The translations under genes were made by a program, and so were the position numbers. A DNA stretch of 64,000 bases from Scyliorhinus canicula. Taxonomy: Eukaryota. Under the pieces are notes generated by a model that did not search any database, was not told the origin of the DNA, and saw only the letters and a list, made by a program, of their open reading frames with translations. Numbering within the stretch: position 1 is the stretch's first letter; the number at the start of each line of letters is the position of its first letter. The DNA lies in the NCBI RefSeq assembly GCF_902713615.1, contig NC_052158.1:48075159-48139158 (forward strand), written 5' to 3'. This document shows, in pieces, positions 63,948-64,000 of the stretch.

Positions 63948-64000
63948 ATAGCACTGCTCAGCACAGAGAAGGCTGGTCAGTGAAGCCAACATCTGCAGAT

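Larger units (their letters stand above)
61600..64000 (+). pseudogene. 5' non-coding portion of ZNF unit D, damaged (finger array expected beyond the window)
   Basis: Homologous to the A, B and C blocks; microexon donor GT>AT at 61715; last-exon acceptor deleted near 63340. Confidence 0.6.

Noticed and set aside
63380-63964. GC/CpG-rich ORFs suggesting a CpG-island gene or foreign DNA
   Set aside because: They are the interior of a TIR-bearing non-autonomous element related to the 19297-19634 MITE.

Overview
Eukaryotic DNA, very probably from a cartilaginous fish (shark), inferred from the abundant HE1-type V-SINEs with CR1/HER1-type 3' tails. The window is a transposon-saturated tandem C2H2 zinc-finger (ZNF) gene cluster with five paralogous units. 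Unit A (+) has 12 fingers at 8358-9377, unit B (-) has 12 fingers at 26706-27746, and unit C (+) has 9 fingers at 48445-49236. Unit E (-) is dead, at about 4055-4450. Only the 5' half of unit D (+) is present, from about 61150 to the window end. Units A-D share non-coding microexons and a long last exon whose intact finger array is flanked by fossil fingers; A and D also share a ZNF143/SBS-motif promoter. No KRAB, SCAN or BTB exon was found. Between the units lie nested Gypsy, Gmr1-like and ERV-like LTR elements, L1-like and CR1 LINEs, a Penelope element, Harbinger-type MITEs, SINEs and a tRNA-Arg pseudogene. The most interesting candidate is a predicted chimeric gene. A retroposon tail that truncates ZNF C also supplies a phase-0 splice donor (49228). 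This donor joins in frame to two orphan exons (51274-51421 and 51513-52225) resembling the C-terminal part of a Harbinger Myb/SANT-type (NAIF1/MSANTD-like) protein with an 11-aa coiled-coil repeat. The predicted product is a 547-aa zinc-finger/transposon chimera. All calls were made by eye without database searches, and repeat boundaries are approximate unless a TSD is quoted.
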